Shown here: one piece after another, positions 58,139 through 61,284 of the stretch
How positions within the stretch are numbered: position 1 is the first letter of the stretch
How the letters are laid out: every line of letters starts with the position of its first letter
Virus record (IMG/VR): IMGVR_UViG_3300028115_001382
Location: 1-61,284 of that record
DNA length: 61,284 nt
Strand: one strand, 5' to 3'
Source: a virus
Taxonomy: Duplodnaviria; Caudoviricetes
The notes under the pieces: generated by a model
Seen by the model: only the letters and a program-made list of their open reading frames with translations
The model's database searches: none
Told to the model about the DNA's origin: nothing
Translations under genes and position numbers: made by a program

Positions 58139-59163
58139 TAATAATAAATTATATTACCTTTTCTTTGCCACTGCTTGCTGTATGTATAGGAATATTTTAA
58201 ACAATCGCCTGCGGCTGTAGTATACACAGCGTCTTTATCAAATATAGGAGATCCTTTTCCAACACATAAAGATATCAAAGGCCATGAGTATGATTGATTT
58301 GTTTTATATCCAAATCTTTTCCATATAATATCACTCCACTGCTGCGTAATTTCTTCTCCAGGATATGTTGTACATCCAATAAAACTAAAATCAAACCCTT
58401 GAGTTAAAATATAATTTAACACAGCGCCTCCATGCATTCCTATGTGGAAATGTTTTGTGTTCCATGATCCTAAATCAATACCATCTGGAAAATGTTCTTC
58501 ACCGTCTTCAGTGTGTGCTAATGTTAAATAGACAATAGGAGCAGTAACTACTGCCAATTCATGTTTATCTACAGACGGATTACAGAAAAAATGTGTTGCT
58601 AAAAATTCTTTAATATGTAAATCACTTGGAAGTAATTTCATTATAGAAAACCGTGCTTTTCCAGAAGTTTGCATAGGAGCATGATGTAAAATTGTTTCTA
58701 TTCTTTCTTGAACTGCTGTTGGTATTACAATAGAACTATCAAAAACTTTAAAGTTTCTACGATTATCCCAATCAGAATTGATTTCACCTGGTCCATCTTG
58801 AAGACCTTGTTTCAGCAGTTCTATAGCATTTACAACAGTTATTTTTGACTGTTCATTTATACTTGCGTTTTCAAACATTTCTAAAATAAGCACTTTTAAG
58901 ATATCATACATTTCTAATTCAACATGAATTGATTTAAGTTGTAAAGTGTCTCCTAAGTAAAAAACTTTTACAAGATGATCAATAGCCAATGTGTCATTTG
59001 ATTGAATACAGGTGCTCAGTGCTTGAACAATATATTGAACATCTCTTACACATTTCTTATATTCTGTTGTTCTATTAGGATAATTTTCTCTTACTTTCGC
59101 TTGGATAATCTTTCCTAATTCTTTCTTTTTGTTACGTAATAATGTTACAGCATTCCAATCCAT
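58138..59163 (-). CDS. phycobiliprotein/globin-like N-domain fused to a nitroreductase-fold domain
   Basis: KKCVRDVQYI; RRNFKVF, APMQ, TAP, GFDFSFIGC, LCVG. Confidence 0.55.
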   Translation of the reverse strand: MDWNAVTLLRNKKKELGKIIQAKVRENYPNRTTEYKKCVRDVQYIVQALSTCIQSNDTLAIDHLVKVFYLGDTLQLKSIHVELEMYDILKVLILEMFENASINEQSKITVVNAIELLKQGLQDGPGEINSDWDNRRNFKVFDSSIVIPTAVQERIETILHHAPMQTSGKARFSIMKLLPSDLHIKEFLATHFFCNPSVDKHELAVVTAPIVYLTLAHTEDGEEHFPDGIDLGSWNTKHFHIGMHGGAVLNYILTQGFDFSFIGCTTYPGEEITQQWSDIIWKRFGYKTNQSYSWPLISLCVGKGSPIFDKDAVYTTAAGDCLKYSYTYSKQWQRKGNIIYY

Positions 59164-60311
59164 TACAATTCTCCAACATGCCAACCTACTGTTTTCCATG
59201 TATCACAGTTTCTGTACTGGTCTGTCATTGATACATGCGACTTTAACATATTTATATGGCTGGGAGTGTTGGCCTTTTCGATAATGTTGTACAATTCTAC
59301 AATCTGTTCTGATTCTTCTTGTGTATACTTTGATAGGTCAATATTTTTTATATCGATATTTGCTTGATTTCTAATTTCAATAGGTGTATTATCAAGATTA
59401 TACCAAGGTGCTCCGTTGAGCCAACTAAACCCAACTTTGAATCTATCTTGATAATTGGTATACTCTTTGAAAAATTTAATACTATCAGCTAAATTTAAAA
59501 TATTTAAGTTATGAGGAACAATAGCAAACTCACATGTTAACCATGGATACTTTTTAAGTATGTCAATTTTTTCAAGTGCTTCGTTCCATTTTAACGGCCA
59601 ACGCAAGTATTCGTAAAAGTTTTTTCCGCTGCCATCAATGCTGTAATTAATGTGTAAATGATCAAATGCTTCTAGTTTTTGTATTTGTTCTTCTGTAAAA
59701 CTACCGTTTGTAGTAATGTTTAAGCCTGGCAAAGACTTTCCGCTGTTAAGCAAAGCATCGATCATTCTATCAAAATGTACATTTATAAATGGTTCGCCGC
59801 CTGTAATTTCTAATTTTCTAATGTTATCGGCTCTGTCTACAATATCATTGATTATATTTCTATACCAAGTTTTACTTTTTGACCAGTCATGTTTTTTAGT
59901 TACAAGTTTGTATAGATCAGGATCATCTATACTACTAGTCATAGCTTTGTATTGTTTTTCAATCAAACTACTTCTACTAGCATTACATATTCTACAGGCT
60001 GTATTACACTGATTACCAAAAGTAATCATAATATGTTCTATGCCTTTGTCGACTTTGCCTTCGTAATAAGCGTTGCGTTTTTGTCGCATACTTTTTGCGC
60101 CATTATCTTCTTGCCGCCAGCAAAAATCACATCCACTTACACGCTCTCCTGAATCTAATCGATTTTTAAAATCTTCGAGCCAACTACTTTTTAAATATTC
60201 TTCAAAGTTTTCAACTTCTGGTCGTTCGCCAACATACTGACAGCATGGGCCTAGATTACCTCTGCTATCAAAATGTATTTGTTTGTAAGGTTCGCTACAC
60301 TTTGTATTCAT
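59163..60311 (-). CDS. radical SAM protein, N-terminal twitch
   Basis: CSEP...PCC...CDFC; CNTACRIC; GGEP. Confidence 0.87.
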   Translation of the reverse strand: MNTKCSEPYKQIHFDSRGNLGPCCQYVGERPEVENFEEYLKSSWLEDFKNRLDSGERVSGCDFCWRQEDNGAKSMRQKRNAYYEGKVDKGIEHIMITFGNQCNTACRICNASRSSLIEKQYKAMTSSIDDPDLYKLVTKKHDWSKSKTWYRNIINDIVDRADNIRKLEITGGEPFINVHFDRMIDALLNSGKSLPGLNITTNGSFTEEQIQKLEAFDHLHINYSIDGSGKNFYEYLRWPLKWNEALEKIDILKKYPWLTCEFAIVPHNLNILNLADSIKFFKEYTNYQDRFKVGFSWLNGAPWYNLDNTPIEIRNQANIDIKNIDLSKYTQEESEQIVELYNIIEKANTPSHINMLKSHVSMTDQYRNCDTWKTVGWHVGEL

Positions 60312-61033
60312 TCTAAACCGTTTGTTACTAAGTAATATTGCGGAGTATCTGCAATTGGAAAATCGTCCCAAGTATACACTATTTTAAAATACTTGTTTAT
60401 AACTTTATTTTTATATGTAAGATAATCTACAAGTGATTTACTATTATAATCGTACCTACAAAAAGCCATCCTATCTTTACCTGTCCACAATACTTTGATT
60501 TGTTTTGTGTGAATAAATTCTGAAAGCACTAGTAGCCTGCAAATTGCTTGATTCGGGTTACAGTCGTCTAATACAATAATTAATTCATTACTACCTGTTT
60601 CTAACAAATGTTCAAATACCTGCTTCATATTTTTAGTATTACAATCCACTCTAGCATAGTCAATAGAATCTGTTATTTGATTTTTAATATCATTGTAGTC
60701 TTTTTCAAAAACTGTAGCGTTTATTGTATTGTTTGTAAATTCGTTTAAATTATTTTCTAAATCATCTATGCTTTTAGGAAACTTTTCGTACAAAGTATAT
60801 TTGGATAATTCATGAAAATTTTCTGTAAGATAAAATTTTAAACCTTTGATGTTGTTGTGAATCCATGCAGCCCACGCACCTGTAGCTGTACCCAGCTCGA
60901 GTATATTTTTGCTATTCATTGCTGCTAAGATTTCTCTTTCAACTATAGCATCCTCAGCAGAACTCATAATCAATTTAAATTCAGGATTTTCTTTCCCTAG
61001 TTTATCTTCATATCTAAAGATGTTTTTGTTCAC
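60308..61033 (-). CDS. class I SAM methyltransferase-like
   Basis: ILELGTATGAW; VD; VLDD. Confidence 0.6.
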   Translation of the reverse strand: MNKNIFRYEDKLGKENPEFKLIMSSAEDAIVEREILAAMNSKNILELGTATGAWAAWIHNNIKGLKFYLTENFHELSKYTLYEKFPKSIDDLENNLNEFTNNTINATVFEKDYNDIKNQITDSIDYARVDCNTKNMKQVFEHLLETGSNELIIVLDDCNPNQAICRLLVLSEFIHTKQIKVLWTGKDRMAFCRYDYNSKSLVDYLTYKNKVINKYFKIVYTWDDFPIADTPQYYLVTNGLE

Positions 61034-61283
61034 TACGCCATTCCTGTAATAAATCCTCGTCTAGTTCAATCATAAATGTCATCAACAATCCCATTTTGCT
61101 GTTCCACTTTTTTCGAGGTTCTGTATTTAATGATCCTTCATTTGTAGCATGTAATTGTACAGCATCAAAAATACAAGGTGAGCCAGTTTTCCAATCAAAT
61201 ACACTTTCTGCGTTAAGTCCTGCTAATCGTTTATAAGGAGTATTCATATATTTTTTATGAAACTCTTTGTCAAACGGTTCATT
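61014..61283 (-). CDS. 5'-partial 2OG-oxygenase-like paralog of 49810
   Basis: Frame open to the window end; PY..L.G......W..G...IFD...LH shared with 49810. Confidence 0.55.
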   Translation of the reverse strand, partial: NEPFDKEFHKKYMNTPYKRLAGLNAESVFDWKTGSPCIFDAVQLHATNEGSLNTEPRKKWNSKMGLLMTFMIELDEDLLQEWRSEQKHL

Positions 61284-61284
61284 G

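Noticed and set aside
1-61284. Stop-codon reassignment as seen in some large phages
   Set aside because: Genes are full length and tightly coupled under code 11; TAA, TGA and TAG all end genes
1-61284. tRNA genes, CRISPR arrays, IS elements
   Set aside because: Intergenic gaps are tiny; no cloverleaf, spaced repeat or transposase motif was seen

Overview
AT-rich, very gene-dense window from a large (jumbo/T4-superfamily-like) dsDNA phage genome, standard genetic code. No tRNA, rRNA, CRISPR array or IS element was seen. From left to right: (1) 1-2.6 kb, short Lys-rich, modular putative head/internal proteins under TAAATA late-type promoters, one with an apparent -1 frameshift extension; (2) 2.6-11.4 kb, oxygenases, an Ate1/Bpt-like transferase, a DsbA-like protein, family B DNA polymerase, nucleotide-sugar enzymes and a clamp-like protein; (3) 11.4-25.3 kb, a dispersed 7-deazaguanine locus (TGT/DpdA-like, QueD-like, FolE, QueE) interleaved with a GT-B glycosyltransferase, GalE, a radical SAM/2OG-oxygenase/PLP/amidinotransferase cassette and a phosphoribosyltransferase, with a 33-nt structured leader in front of folE; (4) 25-33 kb, RNase H-like exonuclease, MoxR AAA plus VWA pair and conserved hypotheticals; (5) 33-37.7 kb, a tail-fibre-like protein and a mosaic S8 protease; (6) 37.8-61.3 kb, a large, mostly minus-strand island of paralogous tailoring enzymes (radical SAM-twitch, 2OG-Fe(II) oxygenases, nitroreductases, PLP enzymes, SGNH, SET, GNAT, sulfotransferase, desaturase, QueC-like, methyltransferase). 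All product calls come from motif recognition by eye; no database search was run.
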